Assembly: GCF_009914755.1 (NCBI RefSeq)
Contig: NC_060925.1
DNA: 64,000 nucleotides
Direction: 5' to 3' (one strand)
Origin: the human T2T-CHM13v2.0 reference genome, Homo sapiens
In this document: one piece after another, positions 33,061 through 55,396 of the stretch
Layout of the letters: each line of letters begins with the position of its first letter
Position numbering within the stretch: position 1 is the first letter of the stretch
Program-made: the position numbers and the translations under genes
Notes under the pieces: model-generated
Seen by the model: the letters and a program-made list of their open reading frames with translations, nothing else
What the model was told of the DNA's origin: nothing
Databases searched by the model: none

Positions 33061-34170
33061 CCGTTTATAGTCCTCCCAATAGTCTGCATCTCGTTTTGTC
33101 GTGGCTGGTCGTGTACTCCTTGTGGAGTCTGAAGGTACAAGGGGATCCCCAAAATGGAGAAGTGGGTGTCTTTGGAAGGGCCTACTGAGTAACATGGTTG
33201 GAGTGGCCAAAAGACTTTGTTTTTCTTTTGCTACTCAAAAGAAAGCTGGAATACCAAAAATTTTTACTTACGGATATCAGGTCTTAGTTAAGATCGTGGT
33301 TTGAATTCAAGCATCTAATTTTGCCTACTCTCCTGTTAAAAATCAAGTTTAACAACCTAAACACAAGGACAAAGAGATAACAGCAACAAAATGTTGGAAG
33401 CTGGAGAGCACAAGTATGAGTATGAGAGGTAAATCGGAAAAGGGGGAGATTAGTCAAAGGCTGCTCAAGGACTCTGATCGCTAGATCCTTTTTCCAGCTT
33501 CATGTCTCTGGGCAGCTGCCCCTCTTTCCCACCACGGGCTCCCACCCCGGCTGAATTCCCTGAAGGGGATAAATTCTCTGCTGAGTGGGTATTCCACCTA
33601 AAACGGAGAATAAGTGGCTTTATGCCTACTGAAAACTGAAACCCCTCGCTATCTGATTAACCTAAGAGGCTGAGCAAAGATACTGACATCGGGTTTTCTG
33701 GACAAATCATACACCCAGATCACCCTACAGTGAAATTCAAAGTTAAAAGCACCAGCTATCTACTTGGAGCTTCCTCTCTTTGTACTTTTTAATTTTTACT
33801 TTTAATCATGGACAGCAACCAAAAAAATCCAATAGTGTAGAAAGAAGGGACCCAAACAACAGACAAAGGAATATGGAGGAAGCAGATGCTGCAGGGAGAA
33901 CACTTTTAAAAATTCTCATAATAGCCCCAGAAAAATAAGAGAAGATGAAGCCACAACAGGGTGCAATAAAAGGGGTAGGGGATTTTTAAAAGTTAATAGA
34001 AATAAGAAAGAAGTGAAAAAACTATTAGTAGAAGATAACACTGAGGAATGTAGAGCAAAAACTCTGAAAGATAAGAAAATTGGAAAACGCAGTACAGAGG
34101 GGATGAAATAAATAATTCTTAAAGGTGCTTGAGAAGCAGCGTAGTACAAATAAGAAGAAATAAGTAATTT

Positions 34171-34894
<724 letters not shown>

Positions 34895-35239
34895 TCAGAT
34901 AACAGTATTTAAAAATAACAAATAATACAGCAATTTAAAAATGCAAATAAAAATACGGCAAGAGCACTGTCAACATAGCATTACATCGTATTATTATAAT
35001 TAATCTAGAGATTATTTGAAGTACAGGAGGATGTGCATAGATTATGCCATTTTATATAAGGGACTTGAGCATCCATGGATTTTGGTATCTGGGAGTCCTG
35101 GAACCAATCCCTCATGATACTGAAATGTAACTATGTTTTTAACATGAATGGTTGCACTGAATCAAGTTTTCAAGGAAAAGAGCCTTCTGACTCATAGAAT
35201 CAGACTGTATTCTGTGACACAGAAGAAAACACATATCTA

Positions 35240-35570
35240 CCTGTGTTAGGGATCCCTAAGATCACCTCCAGGTTCAGTGATGCACTAAAAGAACTCATAG
35301 GACTCAGTTGTACTCACAGTTAAGATTTATTACAGCAGAAGAATATGAAGCAAAAGAGCAAAGGGAAAAAGTGCACAGGAAGAAGACAGGAGGAGGCCAA
35401 GCACAAGCATCACGTTGTAACATGTGTGAAGGGCTGTCTGCCATGGAAGCTCATTAGAGACTCAGGGAACAGCAGGAACACTCCCAAATCCACCTACAGG
35501 CCAACCTTCAGGAAGCAGGCCTTTCTAAAGATCGCAGTCTTAGGCCTGTTACGGTAACTCTTTTCTGCAT
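35240..35570. mobile_element. LTR fragment (MER21-like)
   Basis: tgttagggatccctaagatcacctccaggttcagtgat...ggactcag. Confidence 0.55.
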
Positions 35571-36379
35571 ACTAACCAAATGAGGAATTCCTACATATTT
35601 GTATTGAATTTTATATTGGTGCTGTACATTCTATGGGCTTTGACAAATGTATAATGATGTGTATCCAGCATTATAGTATCATACAGAATAGTTTCACTGC
35701 CCTCAAAATTATCTGTGCTCTACCTATTCATTCCTCTCTCCTTGCTAACCACTGGCATCCACAGATTTTTACACTGTCTCCATAGTTTTGCCTTTTCCAG
35801 AATGTCACATAGTTGGAATCTTACAGTATATAGCTTTTCAGATTGGCTTCCTTCACTTAGTAATACGCATTTATGGTTCCTCCATGTCCCTTCATGGCTT
35901 GATTGCTCATTTCTTTTTAGCACTGAATAATACTTCATTGTTGGGACGTACTACAGTTAATCCAATCCTGCAGCATCTGCTTCCTCCATATTCCTTTGTC
36001 TGTTGTTTGGGTCCCTTCCTTCTACATTATTGGATTTTCTTGGTTGCTGTCCATGATTAAAAGTAAAAATTAAAAAGTACAAAGAGAGGAAGCTCCAAGT
36101 AGATAGCTGGTGCTTTTAACTTTGAATTTCACTGTAGGGTGATCTGGGTGTATGATTTGTCCAGAAAACCACTGATGTATCTATTCACCTACTGAATGGA
36201 TTTTGTGTTATCACTTTTTTGAATTTCACTGTAGGGTGATCTGGGTGTATGATTTGTCCAGAAAAACCCCTGATGTCAATATCCATTCACCTACTGAAGG
36301 ACATCTTGGTTGCTTTCAAGTTTTGAAAATTATGAATAAAGCTGCTATAAACATTCATGTGCAAGTTTTGTGTTATCAC

Positions 36380-37071
<692 letters not shown>

Positions 37072-37079
37072 CTAACACT

Positions 37080-38880
37080 GTACGTCCATCTAGTTGATCC
37101 ATTGATTCATGGTAGCATGCCATAGAGCAAATAACAAATATACAATAGCTACATAAAATATAAAAAATTTAGGAATAAATATAATGTGCAAGAATGTAAG
37201 ACCTCTACATAGAAAAGTATATATTTAATAAAGTATAAAACATTATTGAAATGTTAGAAGATGTAAGCAAATAAAACATGAAATATTTGTTGGGGGAGGA
37301 GGATTGTTGTTTTGTTTCATTTTTCTTTTTTCTGTTTAGTTTTGGTGGAATTTGATAAGCTGATTCTAAAATATATAAGAAAATATAAAAATAGTTGTGA
37401 CATTGCTCAAGAACAAGGTGGGAAGTCTTCTACATATTCTCAAGACTTAAAAAGATTAAGTAATAAATTCCACTCACTATTGGTGCAAGCATAAACAAAT
37501 GAACCAATGGCACAGAGTTGAGAACTCACAAAAGATCCATGTGTATACACTTGATTAATGACAAAGGAATCACTGCAGAGCAGCAGAAAAAAGATAATGT
37601 TGTGACAACTGGATATTAATATGGAAAAAACCTGAAACTTGACCTCTACCTCACACCATATACAAACAACTCTAGGTGATTTCTAGACTTAAATGTAAAA
37701 GGCAAAACAACAAAGTTATCAGAAAATAATATAGAGAATATTTCATGATCTCTAGAGAATAAACCCTTACATGAAGCCCGAAAAGTATTAACTACAAAGG
37801 GAAAAAATCAATACATTTGGCTACTCAATATTTAAGAACTGTTTATCAAAAAACACAAGAGAGTAAAAAGCCACAGTATGGAACAAGGTATTATTTGTAA
37901 AATATATAACCAACAATGGACTGGTGTGAAGAATATATAAAGAACTCATATAAATTCAAAGAAAAAAGTAATCTAGAGGAAAATGGCTAGGAAATCAGAA
38001 CACTTTACAAAAGAGGATATCTGTATGTTCAATAAACATATGAAAAGATGCTTAATCTTGGTAACCAGGGAAATGTGAACTAAAACCACAATTAGATACC
38101 ACTACATACTCATTGGAATGGCTAAAATTAAAAAGACTGGTAATACCAGCTATTGACAAGGATGTGAAACAACAGAAACTTTATACATGGCTGATGGTAG
38201 AGTATAAAATAATCATTTTGAAAAATAGTTTGGCATTATTTACTGAACTTTAAGATACACATCCTCTACGAACCAGCAGCTCTGCTTCATGGAAATGAAT
38301 GAATGTATGTGCTCCACATAGAAACATGGTATCCCTTAAATGCAGAAAAGGCATTAGATAAAATTCAGTATTGGTTCACCAAAAAAATTCTTAGTAAATT
38401 GAGAATAGAAGGAACAATAGAAAAAGAACCCAAATCATTTTGTAAACATCATACTCAATGGGGATATCATAATAGCATTCCCCTTAAAATCAAGAACAAG
38501 TAAAGGTGCTCATTATCACCACTTCTAATCAGTATTGTACTTACCAGTGAACACAAGTGAAAGAAAGAAAAGGCATAAACATTGAAAAGAAAGAAATAGT
38601 CATTATTCACCAAAGATAAAAATAACTACATAGAAAACCTAAAAGATAAAAGAATCCTTAATAAATTACTAGATGTAAGAGTTTAGCAAGGTCGCTATAT
38701 ATTAAGTCAACCTAAATCAATTGCACTACAAACCGAAATAAAATTAATATTAAAAAGATACTATTTATAATAGCTAAATATATGTGGAACTTAGGGACAA
38801 ATATGACATGTCTATCTGTGCAAATGTTTATGGAGAAAATCCTAAAACTTACTGAAAGACGTTAAAGAAGACCTAAGTAC
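37080..38880 (+). mobile_element. Old L1M ORF2 fragments
   Basis: Decayed L1 ORF2 motifs (ttgataagctgattctaaaat; acctcacaccatatac; NAEKALDKIQ). Confidence 0.75.
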
Positions 38881-40625
38881 ATTTTTAAACATTTATTTAT
38901 AATTTTTTTTTTAATTTTTCTTTTCTGAGAGAAATGGGAAGAAAACCTTTGGAAGGTTTTAAGCAGGGAAGTAGCTTAGTCTGATTTACATTTTTAAAAG
39001 ATCATTCTGACTGGTGTATGAAAGATGATTACAGAGAGGCTTGTGGAAGAGACCAGATAAGCTATTGGAGTGCAGGTGCAGGGCTAATATTTAGCTGGCA
39101 AATACTGGTACTGTGGCCTGGATTCTTTATGGCCAACATTTGCTGACTGGATGCAGTTGGTTGGCACCATGCTGTGCCATTAGCAGTTGTTAAATATTTT
39201 GATTATTTCTCAGCGTTCCCATGAGATTTCAAGGTGGCTCAAACCAGGCTGGCAGCAGTTGTCATCTGGATATGTTGGCTGATAAAGGATATCTTCTGTA
39301 GGAACAGGTGGGAAGACTCGCTGATGTGGTAGATGTGGGGGTTGGAGGAAAGAATAATCAAAGAAAGCAATGATGTTGTCTGTCTTCTCCACTAGCCTGT
39401 GCACTGCTTGAGAGCAGAGATGATCCCGGTGCAGTTTTATCCCCAGCACCTATCCCTCTACCTGCCACTAAGAGGGTAAAAACATTCCTGCTGAATGAAA
39501 TTGCTACATGGGGACATGAGTGCAGATGTAGAGGTGTCAGTGTGGTCTAAGAGTGAGCACTATAAGATAAGAAAAAACAAGCAAGAATCAAGCCCTTTAT
39601 ATGTAGTCTAAATAGGACCAAGATCTCAGATGACCATCCCAGTAGGAGTCGGGTAGAAAGTTAGTGGAATTTTTATTTTGTTTTGTAGAGATGGAGGTCT
39701 CACTATGTTTCCCAGGCTGGTCTCAAATTCCTCCTGGCCTCAAGCAATCCTCCATCCTCATCCTCCCAAAGCACTAGATGTGAGCCACTGCAGCTGGCCA
39801 ATTAGTGGCATTTGACCAAGGAAAAGTTTGAGGATGAAAAGCACTGGGACCTCAGACAGGAGCTGTGAGAGATTCAGTCCCCTGGGACAGTGGGTTACAG
39901 GGGTCAGGAAGCCCAACTCCTGAGGAACAATTCAGAAAATTAATTTCAGAAATAATGGCTTAAGGAATGGAAAATAGTATCAGGAATGCTAACAAAGTGG
40001 GTCAGAGTGAAAAAAGTGGCAATGCTGACCTGATAATGGAGGAGCCACACTGGCTGATAATGGAGGAGCAACACTGGCTGAATCCTATGCCTAAGTGTTC
40101 ATGACATCAAGACCTTCTTATGCACCTTGCCTAGGAAGGATTTCTTCCACTGCCTAGGACAGAACTGAGCATAACGCATGAGATTTAAGGAAGCCCAGCT
40201 GCTGGGGTAGATAGAGGCTCAGGGAGTGAGGAAAGCCAGGTGGCCTTTTCACCTATCAGCTGTCTCCTCATCCCAGGAGCCTGCAAGAACCGAGACGGTG
40301 ATTTATAACCACTTGCTTAGTATCCCCCAGACTCAACACAGTGCTTGGCACACAATAAGTGCTTAATAAGTTTTTACTTTTTGTAAAATTTAAAGATTTT
40401 TGAAATTCAAAATTTATTGGGTTTGGCACATTTAAGGTCATTCTTTTCCAAATCTCAAAATGGGATGTTAGAAAACCTTAAAATTGATGGGACGACATTA
40501 TTTTCACATTACCAAATATCCAGTTAAATATGTTTTGTGATTTCCCAGTAAAAAACAAAATAAATTAAAGACAAAATAAATTTAAATAAAGTTAGCTCAG
40601 AGGTCCAAACTCATGGATTACAAAT

Positions 40626-40732
40626 TCACGTGGAGCATTGCGTTTTCCTACCGGAATGTGATGTGTGAGCACCGATGTTTCCACCAGATCCTCCGGCTTG
40701 TGGATTACTCCATTCATCAACACCAGTGGATC
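40626..40732 (-). pseudogene. Vitellogenin terminal exon remnant
   Basis: ttcttttcttctag| then ...HKPEDLVE(T)/IGAHTSHSGRKTQCST* versus recalled chicken VTG2 QKSEDMQDTVDAHTTCSCENEECST*; frameshifted; TGA at 40626-40628. Confidence 0.85.
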
Positions 40733-41485
40733 CTAGAAGAAAAGAACATTTTGAAAGTGACTTTGTGTCTTTGGGGATGCTCTTCTTTAAACATCAGTAG
40801 GAATAAACATTCTCTTTATGGCTATAAAGGAAATTAAACACCACAGACCCCAGAAAATAATAACAATTAAAATACTAATTACAACATGAGTTTACATTTA
40901 TTTTAACACCCCCCAAACACCAATAAAAATTTAAAAGATGTAAATTCTCTTCCCAGAACCAATTATCAAAACAAAGATTTCACTTTAGCTCTCTTAGGAG
41001 AAGATAATACTTAAGCTAACTAGAAACAAGAATGAATTAATATATTTCTACTTTTGGTAGATTTGAAAAGTGTAGTTTGAAATACAGTTTCTGAGAGAAA
41101 ACTGGATTTATTTTCCTCATTCTGGAGTCTTCTTTGTGGTTGTTGGTATCACCATTCTTTCATATTCTTAAGCTCAGTGCCTAGAGAGAATTTTGGGTTT
41201 TGTTTTGTTTAACTTTTTCCTCTCCATTACCTGCTATGATGCTAATTCAAATCCTTCTTAGTTGGTAGTAATGGCCATGTAAGGCAGGGATGATTCTCAA
41301 CCCTGTTTTACAGATAATCAAGCTAAGCACACAGGATGACTGCCCAAGAAGCAAGTGACCGCAATGGTGAAGCTGGGCCTCCACCCTGCCGTCTGGCTGA
41401 CTTCAAGGCCTGCACAGCCTCTTAAGCCGCATCCTGCTTGCTGCCTCCAAGCTTTCCTGACTGCAGCCTTTTCTCCAGTCACTTT

Positions 41486-42072
41486 TGATAGAGGAGTTAA
41501 GAAGAAATTACTTAGGCAGATAGTGAGGGTATGGAAGTCCTCGGTAAGGTTTTCCTTTTAATGAAAAGCAGCCCCAAATCATTTTCCTTTCTAACAAACA
41601 GCAGCCTGTAAAATCAAGCTGCAGACATAGATGCCGGCAGTTGTGCCAATCATGTTCAGAATGGTGGCTCCCTTCTCCCTTCTCTGCCAGCCATATGTAC
41701 AGTAAGGAGCAGACAACATGGCTCGGGCCAAGGGTAAAGTTGATTTGCATAATAAGATTAGGGTGGGGCCCACCAGCCTTCCCCTGCACTATGTAAACAT
41801 CACGCCTGACTGAACCAATCTGTGAGCCCTATGTAAATCAGACAATGCCTTCTCAAGCCTGACTATAAAATCCTGTGAGTCCACTGCCAGCCAGTCTTTC
41901 CTCTGGGAAGCCCCTCTCTCTCCCTAGAGAGAGCTGGTTTCCTTTCTCCTTTCTTTTTCTTTTGCATATTAAACTTCCACTCCTAAACTCCTCATGTGTG
42001 TCCCTATCCTAAATTTTCTTGGTGCGAGACAATGAACCATGGGTATTCACCCCACACAACGTAGCCTCTTCA
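41486..42072 (+). mobile_element. ERV1 solo LTR (MER61-like)
   Basis: TG...CA termini, 4-bp TSD CTTT, CCAAT, TATAAAA and ATTAAA signals. Confidence 0.85.
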
Positions 42073-42474
42073 CTTTCTTCTTAAATTTACCCAGACTGAC
42101 CTTTCTAATTCCCTGAGGCCACTTCTCATTTTCCTGCTTCAGAACCAGCAGGAACTCCTGAGTGAAGTCCGAATTCCTCTGCCGGACTTTTACCATTTCT
42201 CTGTGATCTGGCCTAATGTGGACAAGTCTGTATTTCCGCGCTGCAGGCCCTTCTCTGCAGCGGGGTGGTCAGCACTTGGCCTCCTTTGTGTCTCAAGCTG
42301 CGAGGCTCCCTCCCCCTTCAGCCTCTTGGCTTCACTCTAGTTTCAGTCTTCTGTGCTTTATCGTTTCTCATGCTGCACTCAGGCGCCTCCCTACAACTTC
42401 AGAGACTTAACTGACCTCTAAATTCTTTTATATGTGTCAGTCTTAGCTCCCCCAAAAGAGGCTCAGAGCCTATA

Positions 42475-42765
42475 CAGCAGTCGTTCTTAAAATGTAGTCC
42501 CTGACCTGAAGCATCAGTGTCACCTACGTGCCAGTTAGATGCACATCTTGGTCTTCACCCCAGATGTTCTGAATGAAGAATACTCTCAAACCTGAGCATG
42601 CATTAGAATTTCCTGAAGGGCTTGCCAAACCCAGATGACGGGGCCCACCCTTACAGTCTCTGATACAGTAGGACCAGAGTGAGGCCAGAAAAATTTGCAT
42701 TTCTAAAAGGTTTCCAGGCAATGCTGATGCAGCTAATCTAGGGACCACACTCTGAGAACCCCTGC
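42475..42765. mobile_element. Nested MER5-like hAT MITEs
   Basis: cagcagtcgttcttaaa...tttgcatttctaaaaggtttccagg...tctgagaacccctg. Confidence 0.65.
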
Positions 42766-43209
42766 TATAGAACTTAGCAGGAAGCTTGCCTCAGTTTAAT
42801 TAGAACAGAATATTTCAGTGGTTTTCCATCCAAAATCTGATTTCTGTTTCAAAGATTGATTATAGACTGCTGGGATGACACCTCAGGTTTGAATCTAGGT
42901 GGAATTCCCACATATTGAAATGTTTTTAGAGGCTGGGTGGTGTAAGTATTCTAATGCAGGTGTCAGCTGGGGGCAGACAGATTAAAAGTACAATGTAAAA
43001 TGTAGAGCAGTGGACTCTGTTCCAAGTATGTAACATCCTTTTACTGATTTCATTCTCAAAACAACCTATGAGGCAGTTTCCATTATTATCATTTCTGGTT
43101 TACAAACGAACAGGCACCAGAGCTTAAATAAAAGAAGATTTCATATGGGTAGTAAGGTTAGAGCTAGGATTTGAACTGTGGCAATGTAGCTCCAAAGTCC
43201 ATGAATTTG

Positions 43210-43696
<487 letters not shown>

Positions 43697-43722
43697 TAAC
43701 CACAGTAGCTCTTGGTAGATGG

Positions 43723-44470
43723 TGATGCAGGATCTTTGCTCCTTAGCTTAGCTAAAACCTGGGTTCTTGTCCCATGACCAGGAAAAATTAGGTAGTGGAC
43801 ACGTTAAAAGGTGAGAGAGCAGAATTTATTAAAAGAAAGCTGTCAGCGGCCAGGTGCATTGGCCCACGCCTATAATCCCAGTACTTTGGAAAGCTGAGGT
43901 AGGCAGATCACTTGAGGTCAGGAATTCGAAACTAGCCTGACCAACATGTTGAAACCCCGTCTCTACTAAAAATACAAAAATTAGGCATGGTGGCACACAC
44001 CTGTAATCCCAGCTACTCAGGAGGCTGAGGCAGGAGAATCACTTGAACCCAGGAGGCAGAGGTTGCAATGAGCCAAGACTGCGCCACTGCACTCCAGCCT
44101 GAGTGACAGAGTGAGACTCCATCTGAAAAAAAAAAAAAAAAAAAAAAAGGAAAGAAAGCTCTGAACAAAAAAGAGGGCATCCTGCAAACAGGCTTCCACC
44201 TCACAGATTGAATACCAGACCACCAGACCACCAGACCACCACACATGAGCTGAAGAGTCCAGGCTCCTCTCCACTGCACAAGGCACACATTCCTGGGAGC
44301 TCCACCCCACTCTTCCAGTGCACAGGTGGGCCCCCAGTCCATTGTGGGCATGCCCAGACAAGGCCCTGGGCAGATTCCCTCATCTGCACAAAAGCATCTG
44401 ACATAAACACTTGTGAGGTGGGTTGGAGATTCTCCAGGTACCCTTCCTTAGCTGCCTCCTGCATCTATCA
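43723..44470. mobile_element. ERV1-type solo LTR (MER48-like) with internal Alu (about 43848-44148)
   Basis: TG...CA termini, near-TSD atgg/gtgg; family tentative. Confidence 0.65.
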
Positions 44471-45449
44471 GTGGTAATTTATGTTAGATAACATGCCTAT
44501 GCCTACAGTCTGTTTTACTAAGATGGAGAAAACGGTTACCATTAGGGTGACTCTGGTAATTACTGCTTCCCCTGAGCTAACATGCCTTAATGCTTTCTGT
44601 GCATTAATGTCACCACTCTGACACAACCTAACACTCTGTCAGCAGCATGAGCCAGGATGGCTTCCAGAATCTCCATGGGCTGTCCTCACCACACCTTTGA
44701 ATAGCAGCTCTCAAAGTCTCACCTTACATCCATCTTTCCCTCCCTATAAAAAGTGCTTTTCAGCCTTTGCTTGGGTCTTCCAGTATAACAAGCTCACCAT
44801 GTCACTAAGCAGTCAAGCCTATTTTAAGGGAACTAATAATTACACAATAGCTTTTTTACCTTGAGCTGGAAATTGTCTACAGTAACTCGAATTGGTCTTG
44901 ACTCAACCTCTTGGGGACCCTGAGAACAACTATGATCCTCTTTCCACATGGTACTCTTTCTGTATTTGATGATAAACAGCCAATATTGCCTCCTCCTTTG
45001 CTTCCCAAATCTTTCCTTCCCTAGGCTACATAAATCAATTTCCATCTGTTGTCGCTGATATAACATAATTTCCTTTTCACCATCCCATCCTCAACCATCC
45101 CACCCACATCCCTTTTAGATGAGCTCAGAGGATCTGGTGCAAAGATAATCTGTACAGTGCAGGTCAGGCATGATCTGGTCCATGCAGCATACAGCAGAAT
45201 TGCTGCCTCGTATTAGCTGACATGCTTTAATGCTTTCTGGGCATTAATGATTTCTTAGCTTTCTGGGCAGCCATACTCCTGTTGGCTCATTATAAATTCA
45301 TAATCAATGAAGCCCCTTGCTATGTCAAGTTGACAAGAAGTATTGTTCAACCAGATCTCTTTCAATTTACCTTTTACCCATGCAGCAAACTTGTTTAAGA
45401 AATGACTGTACATTCATCCCTTGAAATTATGTCTTATTTCAACGAGTCC

Positions 45450-45526
45450 ATCCTGAATGCAAAGACTCAGAGACGATGTGTCTTTGTGTACTCCAATTAG
45501 GGAAGTTTAGAAAACAAGCTGACAAC
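45450..45526 (-). pseudogene. Vitellogenin penultimate-exon (about exon 34) 5' remnant
   Basis: tgtttacag|GT TGT CAG CTT (xCQL), then F.(K)LEYT and ES; compare recalled ACKLHRSFVKLEKT...DSKCYS. Confidence 0.45.
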
Positions 45527-45631
45527 CTGTAAACATAACACTTCGAAATGGCTTTTGTTGGCATGGATGACCACTGAAAATGTATCCACTTAGCAGCTGC
45601 CAAATAATGGAAACTAACACAGACTGAGACT

Positions 45632-45768
45632 GCCCTGGCGGCCAGGCCTTCTTGCTGGTATGCCAGGATTGGCTGAAGTGAGAAGCCACTGGAATCCTCT
45701 TGACAGGCTATATGTAGCTCATCTTTATGACTTTTTGCCACAGTTCACACACTGGGAGGACAGTCACA
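45632..45768 (-). pseudogene. Vitellogenin vWD exon (about exon 33) remnant
   Basis: CGK...TYSLSRGF...ASHFSQSW/IPA versus recalled CGK...EYRMPNGY...AVSFGHSWIL. Confidence 0.55.
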
Positions 45769-45781
45769 ATATTTCATTTGG

Positions 45782-46505
<724 letters not shown>

Positions 46506-47734
46506 GTATCCATGCACCAGCCACCTTGGAATGTCAGTTTCTTCCACAGGGCTCAAGACTCTGGGGAGTCAGGAACAGGACTGTCCTGTATTCTGGTTGA
46601 TTTTAAAATATTAGAATTTTGCTTTAATTGCCATATAGACTATGATGATAGTGAAGTTGATGGTGATGCCAACTGTGGTGAGGACAGTCATGGTAGTGGC
46701 AATTAAGAACTGCATTTCAGTAATGTGCACAATAGTATAATGATGGCCTAAAAGAACTGCCAGGCTTCAATGTGCTCCACATGTTTCTGCAGCCAGAAAC
46801 ATATATCCTCATAAGGCAGGGGTTAGGTCAATTAATCAGACTTAATTTTACAGAGAGATAACATGTCTGCAAATAACATTTCTGGTTCTTAGTGTATTGA
46901 TCTTTATCATCCTACAATTCCATTGGTATTGGTACTGCACTTTCAGTACCTTTAATTTCGGACAGAATCAAAATACTTGAATTATACTCCAGGTCAAGTC
47001 TTTAACAGCTATATGGCCCTAGGAAAATTACCTTACCTCACTGGTTATTGAAAAGAGGAAAGATAGAAAGAAATTGGTGTTCTAGATTATGCATTCATTT
47101 CTGGATTCAGTTTGCATAAGTCAGTCCTTCTGAGGCTCACAACTTGGGGTAACTGAGGAAGTCAAGGTAATGCAAGGTCAGGTCCAGGGCAGTAGTCATT
47201 GCAATCTTGCCCGCTGTGCCCCTACCTGACATTGCACCTAAGTCTCAAGTGGGATTTTTATAGACTGCAAAATCTAAGACAACTTATACACCCATTTCAC
47301 TACAGGGAGTCCACAGATGTATCTGTTTCCTGTAAACTAGTGGCACACATTCTTCCCTCAACTACTCAGGAGAAATCTTGTCAGCGCATGAAATGTGTTG
47401 TATAAATTCAGTGATAAACTGGTGAAGGACCCCGCTATATTCACCAAAAGAACGTTGCTCAGGAAAGTTAACTTGCTCTCTTAGCATAAAAGTAGGCATT
47501 TGAGATATTGGCAACTCAAGGAACAAGAGTGACATTTCCCTTAATATCTGTTGCTATTAATGATATAATAATGATCACAAACAATATTATTAATAATTAA
47601 AAATGTCATTTTTTCATCCATACCAAAGAGATTTTTTGTTATTTGGTTCTCATTAATTAGATATATAATTTAAATGGGCCCTATTTCCCATCCTCTTAAA
47701 TCTGTGAATAACCACCATATGGTAAGGTACTTAC

Positions 47735-47880
47735 CTTGCAAGGATGAACAACTGGACTTTATCAAATAAACCTGGGCCAAATGATGCAAATCATGCTGTA
47801 TATGGTTCCAATACTGGGTTTTGCTCAGTTCCTCTGCTTTCCAAAAGGAGTCTACCTGCCTTCAGAGTCCTTCATGTGAT
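47735..47880 (-). pseudogene. Vitellogenin late exon (about exon 29) remnant
   Basis: KAGRLLL versus recalled KAVRLPL; ends TTG CAA G|gtaagt (phase-1 donor as expected). Confidence 0.4.
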
Positions 47881-47884
47881 CATT

Positions 47885-53870
<5,986 letters not shown>

Positions 53871-53939
53871 GCAACAAAAAACCTTTCCTAAAGATTTGAT
53901 CTTACATCAAGTAAACCCCAATTATTTTTGAGGAGTGCG

Positions 53940-54412
53940 TCTTCCTTCAAAATAACAGATTATACTCTCAAAGCTTTAAAAATAAAACACCCACACTCAT
54001 ACACACAAACTGTGTCAGAGAAACATTTCCAGACTGTTAGTGGCACTTCTGTAAATTCTGTGAAAAGATTTTGTGTCCTATTATATTCTTGAAAAATATT
54101 TTGGTTTTTTAGGATTCAAAAAATGAAAGGTTTCAAAAGCAAAGACAGTAGCAAAAGCGGCAGCAGGTCAGTGACACCTCGAGCTCTGACACAGCAGCAG
54201 CAGCTGCCACCTCAACAGCAGCCTCCATGGCCACGAACTTGTGTTATGTGAAACATAATTTTCCATATAAAATTATATTTAATATTTAAAAATAATAGAG
54301 ACATGATAGGGAATATTAGAATCCAATTTTTCTACTTGAATTTTTCTTTTTCATTATAGAGCCCCATGTTATGGTTGAGCATGAGAAAAATGGTTTCATA
54401 TTAACAGTCCCT
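53940..54412. mobile_element. Probable hAT DNA transposon fragment
   Basis: Ends ...aacagtccctg, resembling a hAT terminus; family not assigned. Confidence 0.35.
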
Positions 54413-54829
54413 GATTACAGCATTGAACTTTATGATGAAAAACCATGCAAGGTCCTCCTTCCTGTACTACTTTAGTCCAAATAACCATCACCTCTCTTTG
54501 GGCTGGCTGTAATAGCCTTCTATTTGAACCTCTTATTCCCTCAAAGCAGCCAGAAGTATCTTTCAAAATCATAAATCAAATCTTACCACTTTCCAGGTGG
54601 GTGTGGTTGTGCACCCCTGTAGTCTCAGCTACTGAGGAGTCTGAGGCAGGAGACTCATTTGAACCTTGGAGTTCTAGTCCAGCCTGGGCAACATAGAGAG
54701 ACCTCATCTCAAAAAATTGAAACAAATAACAAAAACAGAAACGAAAAATGAAAAAAAAATCTTACCACTTTCCATCACATTCCAAATTAAATACAGAGTC
54801 CTTACCGTGGCCTCTAATGCTCTTAAACT

Positions 54830-55090
54830 CTGGCAGGTCTGGTGTCTGGTGAGGGTCCAGTTTCTGCTCCCAAATGGCACCTTTGTGCCACATCCTCACA
54901 TGGCAGAAGGCTGAAGGGCAAAGAGGGTTCAAACCATGTGTGAAGGCTATTCTTTAAGGGCTTTAATCCCATCCATGAGGGAGCAGTCCTCATGACCGGA
55001 TCACCTCCTAAAGACCCCACCTCTTAATAGGATTGCTTTGGAGATTAAGTTCCAACATGAATCTTGGAGAGGACACTTTCCAATCATAAT
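54830..55090 (-). mobile_element. MaLR LTR fragment
   Basis: catcctcacatggcagaagg...taatcccatccatgagggagcagtcctcatgacc. Confidence 0.7.
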
Positions 55091-55396
55091 AATGAGGAAA
55101 AATGAATACTTTAGTAACAATTTCTTTGGGCCACAGACACAAATCAACCGATTTGACCACGTTTTTCCAATGAAATGACAACCTTAAATTGATCATTTGT
55201 GATGTCAGGTAGTCATTTTGGGATATTTATTTCTTGCAATAACCTTTTGATGGAGTTATTATGACTCCCATTTTACAAACGATACAACTGAAGCCTAAAC
55301 AGGCAAAATGACTTTTTCATAGTCACACAGCTAATAGCGGTAGAGCTGAAAATGAAAATCTCCTGATCCTTGATGTTCTACCATCCCGGGTCCTAC

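Noticed and set aside
32813-33304. + strand Gly/Arg-rich ORFs at the CTBS promoter
   Set aside because: Expected by-product of GC-rich CpG island sequence.
41095-41185. TE...LR...TKKTP resembling the second half of the penultimate VTG exon
   Set aside because: Needs several frameshifts and lies 4 kb from the first half; indistinguishable from chance by eye.
47735-47859. Alternative reading as vitellogenin exon 7 (VYLIKS)
   Set aside because: Donor phase, KAGRLLL and position before the vWD remnants fit a late exon better; not fully excluded.
54137-54230. Ser/Ala-rich AGC-repeat stretch suggestive of phosvitin
   Set aside because: Serine reading is on the + strand, opposite to all vitellogenin exons; short, and lies within a probable DNA transposon fragment.
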